DNA of 64,000 nucleotides from Phoronis australis (lineage: Eukaryota; Animalia; Phoronida): the NCBI GenBank assembly GCA_002633005.1, contig NMRA01000082.1, positions 472,576 through 536,575 of the forward strand. Reading direction: 5' to 3'. Each line of letters starts with the position of its first letter. The first letter of the stretch is position 1. Under the pieces are notes generated by a model that saw only the letters and a program-made list of their open reading frames with translations, made no database searches and was not told the origin of the DNA. Made by a program: the position numbers and the translations under genes. Below are positions 1 to 12,000 of the stretch, piece after piece.

Positions 1-72
1 AGTGAAGCTTTTGTTTATACATCATGGCAGTTAATTTCTTTGCTGTGTTTGCCTGGTTTTGTAATTATTCAG

Positions 73-3000
73 CTAAGGACGGGAAAGTCGCCACGGCTGA
101 AAAAGAAGCGTCGCGTAAGCTACATCATATCGCATGCTCTTCCCATATAATTAACTCTGTATGATTTCTGGTCAACAATACATAGATATTTCAAATCCCT
201 TTTTGTAGTCTAGGTTGTCAAGATAGCCCCACGCATTAGTGTGAGGAGTGGAGCGGCATGGTGTTCTTCAAACACATTAATCTTAATTTCAAAATACTGG
301 AATTCAGCAGTTTTGTATTATATGTTATTTTCCATAGCAAAAGCTAATAACTAGTTTTAATTTCATATGAAAACTGGCTTAAAGACGTACTGCATTATAA
401 ATGTACGAAACCTATTCAAAGCTTGGTTTGTTACCTAAAGTGTGCCAGACTGCCTCTTGGACTATTGTGTAAAAGGGATTTTCTTACATTGTTTTCAACA
501 GACATGTTTTGGGAAAACTAGCAAAAATTGGGCCTTATTCTTCAATAATGATGTATATAATCCAAATACGTATAATTATATTTAATCTTGACAGTAACAG
601 TTTTCCATTTCTATTTATTTTTAATTTTGTCATTTATTTCTGATGAGTTCTTGACTCTTTATTTTGCCCAGCATGTGTAATTGTTTTCATCATTTTGTTT
701 CAATTGCCACCGAGTTACCCCAGGTTTCAGAAGTAGTATTATGTCCACTGCTAGACATTTAATTTTGACTCTTGCACTCTAGTTTCTATTGATTGAAACT
801 TTTTAGTGATAAATATGCAGTGTTTTATTCTCTTTTGATTGCTTACCGGAGGTTTCAGTCTGATGAATATAAATACAGAGCTTGGGATCGTGCGCCCATT
901 CTTACTACTAAATTTGAATTGAGTATTACACATATGTATGATGTTAGTGAAGTGTATGGGAAATCATTTTGAGTGTTGTCGCTGATGTATAACTTTTATT
1001 ACCGAGCCATATTCCTCTGATCATCACATCAAACATTATCCCTATGGATAATCCAACTTTGTGTTTTTGCAGAGTCCAGCTACGTCGCCCAAACCGGCTC
1101 ACTCTCCCTCTGGGGAGCGAGTTGTGCACAAGTTTACACCGCCGACAACGGTGTTGAAGATAAAACCACCCTGCGACATCACTCGTAAGTTTTTTTTGTT
1201 CTTACTTCTCATTTCCTAGTTCCTTTTCTGCTATAGTTCTTAAGTTTCAGTCTGTGGAATTTACCACCAGGACTGCTGCACTTGATTTTTTCAATGTATT
1301 TCTCATCAAACTTAGCTTTTCAGGAAATTTCATTATTCTTTATAATTGGTTTTATTACCATAATTTGCAGCGATGTAGTAAGCAACCAAAAACCCAATTC
1401 TAGAAATTATTTTTCTGCCAAATTGAAGAATTTTGCCATATTTATGAGGGTAACTTTTTTTCTTCTAGTATTTTCTAGACAATATCACTAAAAATACTAT
1501 TCTTAAAACGAAGAACACTCTAATTATTAAGTTTGAAATAAGTGTTCAAGCATGGCAATTTTACTCAAGTTTACATACAATTGACACTAAGACTGTGACA
1601 AANAAGTAAATAAAGCTTGAATTGAACTGAAGTTTTGAAGTAATGACTTGTCAGTGAGCTTGGTCAAGTTTTATTCTGCTTGGTCATTTGTTTTTTGACT
1701 TCTGTGAATTTCAGCCTGTCCTATTTCAAATCCTGCCTCTTCAGCCAAGCTTATCGACTCTGGCGATGTGATCGGTACTGGTGCAAACCACCAACTGACC
1801 AGTGGTCACTTGGACCAGAGGAAGGCTGTCTTTGAACATCTGAATGAGCCACTCATGAAACTGCTGCCGAAGGAGGGGAAAACCAATATAGTGTAACTGA
1901 CATGATTGGTTTACTTATTTAATGTGACTGTATATACTTTTTAAAGGCAGTGAACACAGATATATGACATTGAAAAGTTATGCTCAAACCGCATTTGGGA
2001 ATTGTTAGGTCAACACAAAATCACCAACTTTAAACAAATTTGAACTAAGCTGGAATCAAATTGTAGATTCAAGTAAAGAACTTATCCAGTCAATTGCATA
2101 AGAGTGTAGAATGTAAGATGCTAGCTCACCAGACAAACCAAACTGGTACTTAAAGATGCCCTGTGGCCTCATCAGTTGAATATTCAGTTGTTTTTCTCCA
2201 GCACTGGATTGCAGAGTGTAGTTATCACAGAGTACTTCACAAGAGGTTCAGGTTGAAAAAATGACAAAACAGTCTGACTAGGGGCACTAGACTGAAGCCA
2301 ACTCGTCTTGTTTCCTGTAAGAAGTACTGGAATGTACTGGAATGTACTCATGTTGTCCAACTTGTATAGCACCAACTTTGTGAAAAATTGTCTAATGTTT
2401 GAGATGATCTGACTGCGCATCCCATACCAAAACAGTTACTGTTTACGGAGTCTTAGTAAATTTGTTTTACTGAGTCTGATCTCAATATGAGACATTTTTT
2501 AAAGTATTTCAACAAAATAAGAGAAATTGAAAACACACCTCCCAGCTCTTTGTCTTGAATTTACAGTGACAAGTTGTTGGTTGTAGCAGTTTAGCACATT
2601 TCAGGTGGATGCTTCAATTTGTTTTGCAGGCAAGCCAATCTTCATTTCTTGAATGGTAACAAGATGCTTCCCATTGGCTTGGAACAGCCTGCTCATGCTG
2701 GTAAGAATAACCAAAGGTTTATGAACCAGGATGTATAGGTGAAGGTCACGGGATATTTGTCTGACTGGTCAGATACGAGTTGGCGAACACTTGTTGACCG
2801 CACTGTTGACTCTCGGCTGTTGATTTAGCTAGCCATTTGTAGGTTTGCACAAAGTCATGAATATGGTCAATATGGGATTATAAAAATCCTCTCTGAAAAG
2901 CATCTGAAAGCATTTTGATTGTGATGGTCGATTTTGGTAAGACATGTTGTCTCTAGGCATGCCTGTATTCCCAATAGGTCATCAGGGCTTGGCGACCAAA

Positions 3001-6000
3001 TTTCCATCTGGGGGGACAACCGCAGTGGGTACCGAGCTAATGACTCCTATCATACCATTACTTGTCCACTCAGAGTTGGTAGGACAACAGGTTGATGTCT
3101 AGTTACTGAGTGGAGGAGAAAAATTCTTGACTTGTGCTGCATATTGACCCATCACAATACAAGACAACGCAATTATGCCCAGCCTGAGGTAGCAATAGTT
3201 GCCTGAGGTTACGTTTGAGACCAAAAATTGAATTATCCCCCCACGTTCACAGCACACACAATCCTACCAAACCTTCCTTTTGAACTTTTTACAGTTAGAG
3301 ATTTCTGGGAAATCTGCAGTGTGTTATAGGACACTGGGACTTCAAGGAGATCCAAAAACAACCAATGAAAAAAGAGTTAGAACGTACCGCTACATTTTCA
3401 GCCAATAAAATGGCTTGCAAGGGTTCTCTAACCATAAAATTTTAATGTTATGGCAGAAGCTGGCTGAAGGGAAGCTTATGAATAAAATACCAGGATGTAC
3501 ACCATCTCTTCAAGTAAAGGACCAGTAAATGAAAGGGAGCTCAAAATTTTGATAATAACCATGACATTTTTGTGCTGCAGATCGACCCACATCCATAGCT
3601 GTATGGTGGAATGGAGGAACTCAGCTGATGCACTACTCATTGGTTAAACAAACGAAAGGTAAACTTGATTGACTTTCAAAATGCATTTGCACCAATCAGT
3701 GTATTTCAAATAGTTTTGTGGAGTATGTAAATGTAGAATAAATTTATGCACTGGTCTAGCTTGCACACTTCAGTATTGTCACATTACATGGATTAACAGT
3801 TTGCTCTTCAGATTAATACAAATTAGGCTAGATGCCTGTTTCAGTTCATTTTGTGGTGAAACTCGATCGTTAAACCAATTGAAACCTGAGCTGTGTAGCT
3901 TTTTCAATCACTGATCTTTCATAGCAAAGTGTGTACAAAGTTGAGAAGTTGCTAAGTGCGTAAAAGTTGATTTACCACATAAATAAGAAGGAGTGGTAAA
4001 ATTTGAATATTTGACGTCATTGGTTCTTGTACATGTACTTGGCTTTCTTTGCTATAGCTGTACTTTTCAGTTATTTGCTTAGTCATTTTAACTGATGTAG
4101 CAATTTCTTTTTTATTCTGTTTCTGTTATATTTTCTGCTTGATAACATAACCATGTACTAAATTGTCATTTTGTGATGAAGTTCAGTGTAATAGACATAG
4201 AAAGTCTAACTTTTTGTTTGACTTGCTCATAGAGAAAACTTGGTGTAAAATTCTTGCTGTTTGAACTTTAAATGAATTTAAACTGAATACTTTAAAAGTA
4301 TGGTAAGTTTCATTGATTTGGAATTTTGTTGTTTTTTGAATTTTTCATATAAATTAAGTGACTTGAAAATTTAATGTTTTATAGAGTTCTTTACAATGTT
4401 TTGAGAAACTGTATCCATTCAGAATATCATTAGTACAGCTTTGAAATGAAGAGAGATGAAATTGGGCATTTTTTTCTGAAATTTATGAGATTTTGCCAGA
4501 GGTCATAATGAGGATTAGTTTTTTTTACTGATGGAGTGGGTTTGACTGGAAATTTTAAAAAATACATTTGGCTACAGTGTAGTATGTTCATATCAAAAAT
4601 ACTTATGTTTGGGACTTGAATTTGGCATGTTTATTGAAGGAATGTGGCCTAGTAAGAGCAGCTATAACAGTTGTGCATCAGCGACATTGCTTGAAATGAT
4701 ATTGCTTGCTATGCACTGAATCATACTGCAAATTTGGGATTACTTATCCATCCTTCTTATAAGTTTTCATCTAAATGTCAATATTCACTGCGAGCGTGTA
4801 CATGTGATGGACCGTCTTTGGACGGATATCTTGGATCAAGAAAATGGGGCTAGGTGAATGTGCTCCAACAACTTACGATTATTTGGTGCTAAAAGCAAGT
4901 TTTATATGAGATGATGTGAGTTTTATGATGTTGCTAAGTGATTACTGAATCAGAGACCAAATGTTCATTGCTCTTGTTGAGAGGTTGGTAGATGAAGAGC
5001 AATGTTGTTTTACCAATGATTACTTGCTTACAACTGAACTGAAGGATAATTCAAACAGGCTAATGCCACTCAGTGCTGTTGGTATCAAATAGTTGCCTTG
5101 TACTTACAAGTCATGATAGACTTTTACTTGTCTGACTTTTCCAACCACTGATGAAACTCATCAACTTCCAAAACATTTGACTGCTGACTAATGTCTCGAT
5201 ATTTCATAGTCAGTATAATGTGTAATTAAATTAAGAATGAAATGCTCTTTACTGTTTGTTAAACAGTTTGTTCACTTCTAATTTTCAGTGTTTCTCATTT
5301 TGATATTTCTTAGCTAAAAAGAGGATAGTTATGAGCAAAGTTGCTCTGTTGATGATGCAAAAACTGGGAAGAGGTGCTTCTTGTGATGGGACCGTGTCCT
5401 TTTAAGTTCCAGACCTATTAGTTGACTCATTGTGCTATGAGTTATCAAAGTTGATTCTTGTTGTTTGTTTTATGTCTGGTTTTATTTTTTGCTGCGAAAT
5501 TATTTGGTTAGGATTTATTATGTTGTTTGATGAATTAATTAATTAATGAATCGAATCATTTTTTCAAGTGTGTGGCTTTGGGTTGGTTTGTCTCAACGTG
5601 CTGTGGTGTGGATGCTTTGAGTGACTATGTCTCACAGGGTGTTCCAGAAATTTATTTACTTAAGCCTAAATGAGTATCTCCATGATAGCAAGTAGCAGCA
5701 CATGTTAATAAAACAACGATGGATTTAAACCGGCTTGACATGTTTCAGCGTTTAGTAAAACACCATCATCAGAAGAAAAAAACGTGGCCACCTTGCTATG
5801 CCCAACAACAAGTAATGATACACTGTTTTTCTTCTGATGAGGCTGTTTTAATAAACGCCAAAACATGTCAAGCCGGTTTTAGTCAGTCGTTGTTATCAAT
5901 AAATGAGAATCTTTCATTTGGATGGCCTGTGTTTTGGTATGTGGTAAATAAGTGTTCTAGAATGAAATTGTAATATATGATTTAGTGTATTGTCAGTGGT

Positions 6001-9000
6001 ACATGTGGTGGATGCCAAAAATAATTGGATAAAATTTTGTTTCCCTGTCATGACTCATCATTGTGGACAGTATGATGGTAAATGTTAGGTAACACACTCA
6101 CAACCAAGCCGTAATGACGTGGAGTGCTGCTTGTGCTCAGCCATATCGTGATGGTCAAATTCTGGATCATTGAGGTTGTGTTCAATGAACCAAGATGATT
6201 CTGGTTTGAATCCGGGTCACGGCACCAGAGGTGAAAAACGTTCAATGAACAAAGACAACAAGCATTGCGCATTCAAGATGGCTGACTGTGAAATGCCTCC
6301 TGCAATCTGCAATAACTGACTCAAACAATAATATAAAAGTAGGCCAAAGATTATTAGGTATTTCAAAGCTTGTGTCACTGAAAACTTTTTTGACTGAAAG
6401 CTTTAAAAATATGGCTTTTACTCAGTTTGACCTTAGTTTCCGTGTTAAGCTCCGTAAGTAGACTATGCAATGCATGTGGTGGTGGTTATTAGCTGGTTTG
6501 ATTTTTGTCTAGATACAAAGCCGACGGAGAAACAAGGATCGGTTCCTATCGTTCAAGGTTTGACCAATTTTTCTGTTTTGTGTGTAATGTTTTCAGAGTT
6601 TGTTTTTGTTTAGATTGCCGTGATCCCACAGTCATCTTGTGAGTTGTTAGCACGAGACTAGAGAATGGCGTATGCTGCTTTAGTCATTTTTTGCCATTCC
6701 TTGCACGTTGGCTTTGTTCGTCAAACATTTTTTTGCATGTTACCATGTGGAGAATTGTTTGAAGTGTTTGCTTGTGTTCCCAAACGCATGGTACTGTTGT
6801 GCATGAGTAAACACATTTTTAAATGCTAACTGCAGTAACTGTGTGAAAGAAAATACTGCATGTTGTTTTAAAAGGAATCATTTTTTTAACACAATTAATC
6901 AATGGATGCCTAGACATTGCACCAAGTCGTACAAAGTGAAACCAGTACTGTACAACTGTTGTATTTCAATGTAATTTGTTTATTCTGTATAATTATGTGT
7001 TTGAAGCTCTTGTGACGATATGTGAAACTTGGCCTGGGCACATGTACCTATGTGCAAAACACTTAATATGTATAAAAACCAAGGATTTATTCTTTAAAAT
7101 TTATGTGGCACTGAGTAAACTTGACTTATTATCAATTATAAGATGTTACACTTTGATATGTATTCAAGTTAACATTTTTCTAAAATTGCAAGGAAATCCA
7201 GAAGAAGAGAGAAAAATAAGAGATATACTCATGGTACTCACACATATATGCGAATCTCTGAAGCAAAAGAACACTATTTTGGACGTGATAAGTTGGATTA
7301 CTCTTCAGATGCATAACACTATGTGGTCTAACTTGCATGTTTCATCCATTAAAACAGACTCAGTTACTCCCTATGAATTTTTTATTCATATTGGTTATCA
7401 ACAACGCATTGTCTGTTGTCTGCAGATTTAATTTGATGTTGCATGCTGTCGAGATATAATACGTTAATTACTCAGCATGTTCTTTCAGGGATGATTGATG
7501 AGCTGGTGTCAACGCCCCCTGTCTGTTATGGTTTTGAAAGGTTGTTTCAGGAACATTCCCTGATTGCTTCATGCTTGTGATTAAGCAAAATCTTTTGTAG
7601 GGTTGTAAATAAATTATCTACAGATTTCACTCGAGTTCCACTTCTGCTTATTGAACTATTTAATTTTTGTTGAGAAACTTTGTGTGTGTTTGTGTACAGG
7701 AGGGACAATTAGTGACCTTGCTCATCCCAAACATTGCTGCCCTCTGGTGACCATGAAATGCATTTACCAAACTCAAAGTTCATGCAGTGGCTCCAAGTCA
7801 TAAATGCTTTGACTCATTACTATAGCCCTCTGCATTGTTCCTTCTATTGCATATGTAGTTTAACACGTATTTCTGACTTCTCCATTTTCATCATACCTCT
7901 TCTAAATCTTTAACATAATCTTTCCTTTTCCACGGACTATTGACTTTTATTGTCACTTATTTCGCACAACTAAACTGTACGTTACAAGGATACATTTCTG
8001 CAGTCTTGCACTTGTTCTTGTATGATTTACAGTTCAGCCACCAGGTGTCAGGCCGTCAGGAAGGAGTCGAGAGAACTCCCCCTCAGTCATGAGTAGAGCG
8101 TCGAGTCGTCAAGGTTTGCCTAACGCAAGATCTAATCATGCTCAATCGCAGTCTATTATCATGTTGTAACTTGTCTTCTAACAGACTCTATGGTTATTAC
8201 AACATGTTAACCATGAATATAACATAAGGCTTGAAATGATGTGATCTTATCTTCAGGTTACACAATTTTGTATTACGATAAAAACTCCAGTTTGGGACAA
8301 TCTCTAAAATTTCAGTCAAACTTATATTTTCTTGATTTTGAGATTAGAACATTAAGTGATTTTGACATGCATTATGTTTCTCAAATATGAAACACGATGC
8401 TTTGTGGCAAAGTCATAAATTTGTCAAAAATAGCCACTACGCACACCATTTTCGTGTGCATCTCCACTGTGTCCAACATAGAGGTGAAAAGTCACTTGTG
8501 GCTGATTGTAAATCCGTTGATTTTTTTTAACAGCCAATGTTGCCTATTTCTAAAATGTATAATCTCTTAACTTGAGGAAAATGATTATTTTTCCTTGCCC
8601 CAAACTGGAGAATGTTTACCGTTATTGGCAGACTTTCTGCTGCCCTGTTCTTGTTTAACCTAGAAATCCTGTGTCAACCATGATGCGATAGCCAGACATT
8701 GTTCCTTCAAGCAGCCTTATGAGGTGCCTAACATAATCTTCCCACTCTTTGAAAAACAAGTTTTTGATACATCTTGATCACTTGACTGATAGGAAAAACA
8801 TTCGGTAATTCTGAACCCATTTTGCAGCAACTGTGCATGCATGTTGATGGGAATTTGTTCTCATCTTAGTCCTTATTCCTGCAGACGATTCCTGCTGTTA
8901 CCGTTGTGTATGTCCTGAGCTGAAACACTACAATGTCTGGTTTGTTTCAAAGATTCAGGCTTTCGGTTGTCTTAACAACTGATCGAACAGCTGTATGTTA

Positions 9001-12000
9001 CTTCTCTTCTTATCATGCCGATCTAGATCAAACCAAGAAAGACGGTGCTGACAGGAAATCCCGTCCGTCGAGGTCGCCTGCTGCACGCACTGTGCGAGGT
9101 CTGTGGCATTCCATAGTTAGAGCGCTGCATGACATAATCTAGAGTATTTCACAGAGGCTATAATGAATGAGCCTACGTCTCTGTTTTCAGTTTCTTCTGC
9201 GTTAGCGAAACAGTTTAGAGTTGCATGCTGGATCTTTTACAGTCGTGCACTGCTTCATAGATGTTTCATTTTCAGGGTCTTTCCCTCCGAATACTGCAGC
9301 ATGTTTTGTGATGTCATTGACATCTTTGTTGTTGGGGTGGGTGAAAATTGAAACGGCTGTATTTTTGCCATATGACCTCGGTTCTTTTTGTACCAAAAAC
9401 AATTTGGTACAGTAAGCAATCCTGGAAAACTGCTTTTTTACGATTGCACATTTTGGTGACGACATTGGGCTGGGTAAATTTTGTCAGGTGCACCAACAAT
9501 GAATTTGAAATCTGTGAAAACCTCTCCACACTCTAACAAGAGTTGATTATCCAGAGGACATTTTCTGTGCTGTTTTCTTTTTAGACTCATGCCCATTTGT
9601 TTTTTGTTTCTTGTTTATGTCAAAGTTCATTTCTTTCCTTTGTAGTTCATAGTTTAGTCTTGTGATAGCGTTTGATGTTTATATCTGTGTTAGTTGCTTG
9701 TGGGCAGGAATATTTTTTCTATTGTGCAGGCTTACATGTATTCATTTCAGATTCTTTGAATTTTCACAATTTGGAGATGAGAAAACAACTCTTGTTCACA
9801 TGCTTTCTCTGGTTTTATAGTCTGACAGCCGTGGATGCCAGAGGGGAGGGGGGCGATATACTTTTAACTGCTGAATATGTTGCATTATATTTTTGAACAT
9901 AAATGTGTTAGTTTTCATCAAAGCTTTGTGTCCCAAAAAACAGTAACGAAGTCTTGTTTTGGTGGTAATGATTATCACTGGTTCAGAGTATTCATTTCCA
10001 TGAAGTATCATGTCTGGGTGACATAATGGTAGATATCTTTTGTGCCGGGATTGAGTATTCCCTGGTGTTGTTTCGGTACGTAAATCCACGCATAATTGAC
10101 CTAAATGAACTGAATTTAATTTTTAACTGCTTCTGTTGCTGCAGACTTTTAATTTATTACAGCTTGACATTTACGATTTTACTTAACCTATTAAACTATT
10201 GCTGTTTGGGCAAGAGTCACTTAAAGCAGGCCTGCATTTTGAGAACCAGTTTGATACCTGATATTCAGTGGAGCAAACTGGTTCTCAAAGTGCAAACTGC
10301 AGAAAGAGGAAGATAAATTCTGTATATTTTGATTCCCTGAATTACAAGTACATACCAGTTGCTTTTCCATAGACTTTAAGAAAACTAAAATGAAACAGAA
10401 GATGAAAAATGAAAGTTTTGGAGTGAGAAGTCCTGGTAAAGTACCTCAATTGAATTTTCCACAATGGTCGTTTCGTTCATGTTGAGTTCACGTTATTTGT
10501 TGAGATAGCTATTGAAATTAGCTATGTTACAACTTAAATCTGCTTGTTGAATGTTTAACCAGTCATAGCTGTTGCATCATGAAATTCACCCTTTTCACGT
10601 TAGCAAAATATAATCACAAGACTATTATGTAATGAAGCAAGTGTTGGGGAGAAACTGATTTTTGTGCAACACACTGGGACACTAAGCCTGTGACAAGCTC
10701 TCTATCAATGAAATTCAATGAGGGATTTTCAAAGGTTGTTCAAGATTTCAAAAAAAAGTGTAGGATCTGTTTCAGAAAAGTGACTAAGACAGAATTTTGG
10801 TCTTCAAGTTCCGCTGTACGTAACAATGTCAAAAAATTTTTTAAACTCACTAAACAAAAATAAAGTATTTGAGAATACACCAGTCACCTATAATTGTTAA
10901 TTACGGAGAAAATTTGTTCACATTATCGCCAAATGGTGATGTACTTGTGATTTCACGATGAAACCTTTATTCGGTAATTGTTCTGGTATATGGGAGCTTA
11001 AGATCATATTGATGATTAAAGTCATAAGCCACTTTTCGTGAAACGGCCCTCGGCCATGTTCGAAAGCATGTGGGGAAAACGCGGGGTTAAAATTTGCCCC
11101 CAACTTTTGATAAAAATTAAAACCGTACAAAAATTCAGATCTTTTTTTGTCACAAAGAGTTCTGTCGCTAGTGTGTATTTCTGTGTGTGCAATGGTCATT
11201 GGTGAATTTAGGGGGCCCCTAAAATTCTTCCAGATTCCATTTGGCAGTTTGTCGGTGGGAATGTCTGACAGACAAAATCATGACTAATACTTTGCCCTGA
11301 CCCCCTCCCCCTAAATCAGAATGCTGGATACGCCACTGATAGCAGGTTGAAGTAAAAAAACTGTTTCATTTCCTTCTGCTTCCATACTCATTGTTTTTCA
11401 GGCAATAGTCTGATATAACGTGCCCACATTTTGAGGACCAGTTTGATGCCCGTTATTCAGTGGAGAAAACTGGTTCTCAAAATGCGCTTATGTTATATCC
11501 GGCTGCCTTTTTAAAGTAAAGTGTGAACCATAGTTTATTCTTTTAGCATTTAGGCATTTAGGAAGGGCTGTTTGGGTTGAAATGTTTGCTGAATGTAGTT
11601 TCCATACTATGAAAGACATCTCATGTCTATGTCTTTGCTAATCTGCATTTTCAGTAAAGAATTAATGATTCAATATTAAACTTTTATTAATCGATGATTG
11701 CTAATATTTGCAAATAATACTTGCACTTTTATGGTTTGCAGTTTCGTAAGATGTGAAAACCTGCCAGTTGTACTTTTCTGTTTTAATATTCATGAAGTTT
11801 AAAGAATCTTAACTGCCTGATGTTGTTTGGGATTTTTGTCACCTTTGTGTGCTGTTGTTGTAACGGAATTCACATTTATTTAGCTTAATGATGTGCTTCT
11901 ACGTTCTTTTATCTTGTCAATTTTGTGTCTTATTGCTTTTATCCTTTGACCCAAGGCTCTGCACGTGGCAGAAAGAAATCCAAAGCTGAGACACTTGACG

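Larger units (their letters stand above)
5705..5900. mobile_element. Penelope pseudo-LTR fragment with inverted duplication, carrying two minimal hammerhead ribozymes
   Basis: 5710-5825 aligns by eye with the PLE 3' region at 56641-56760 (..cttgacatgtttc..acaccatc.tcagaag..gtggccacct.gcta.gccca.caacaagtaatga). 5826-5900 is an inverted copy of the first part. Confidence 0.8.

Noticed and set aside
715-723. Possible 9-nt microexon TTACCCCAG with upstream TGC
   Set aside because: Rare GAG acceptor and weak donor; too short to support from sequence alone.
6614-6638. Candidate exon with a strong GTGAGT donor
   Set aside because: 25 nt (or 7 nt from the nearer AG) is not frame-preserving, and extension from exon 6513 hits a stop. 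It could only be a poison exon, which is unsupported.
6976-7431. 151-aa intronic ORF
   Set aside because: AT-rich, no recognisable domain, no convincing splice boundaries; probably chance.
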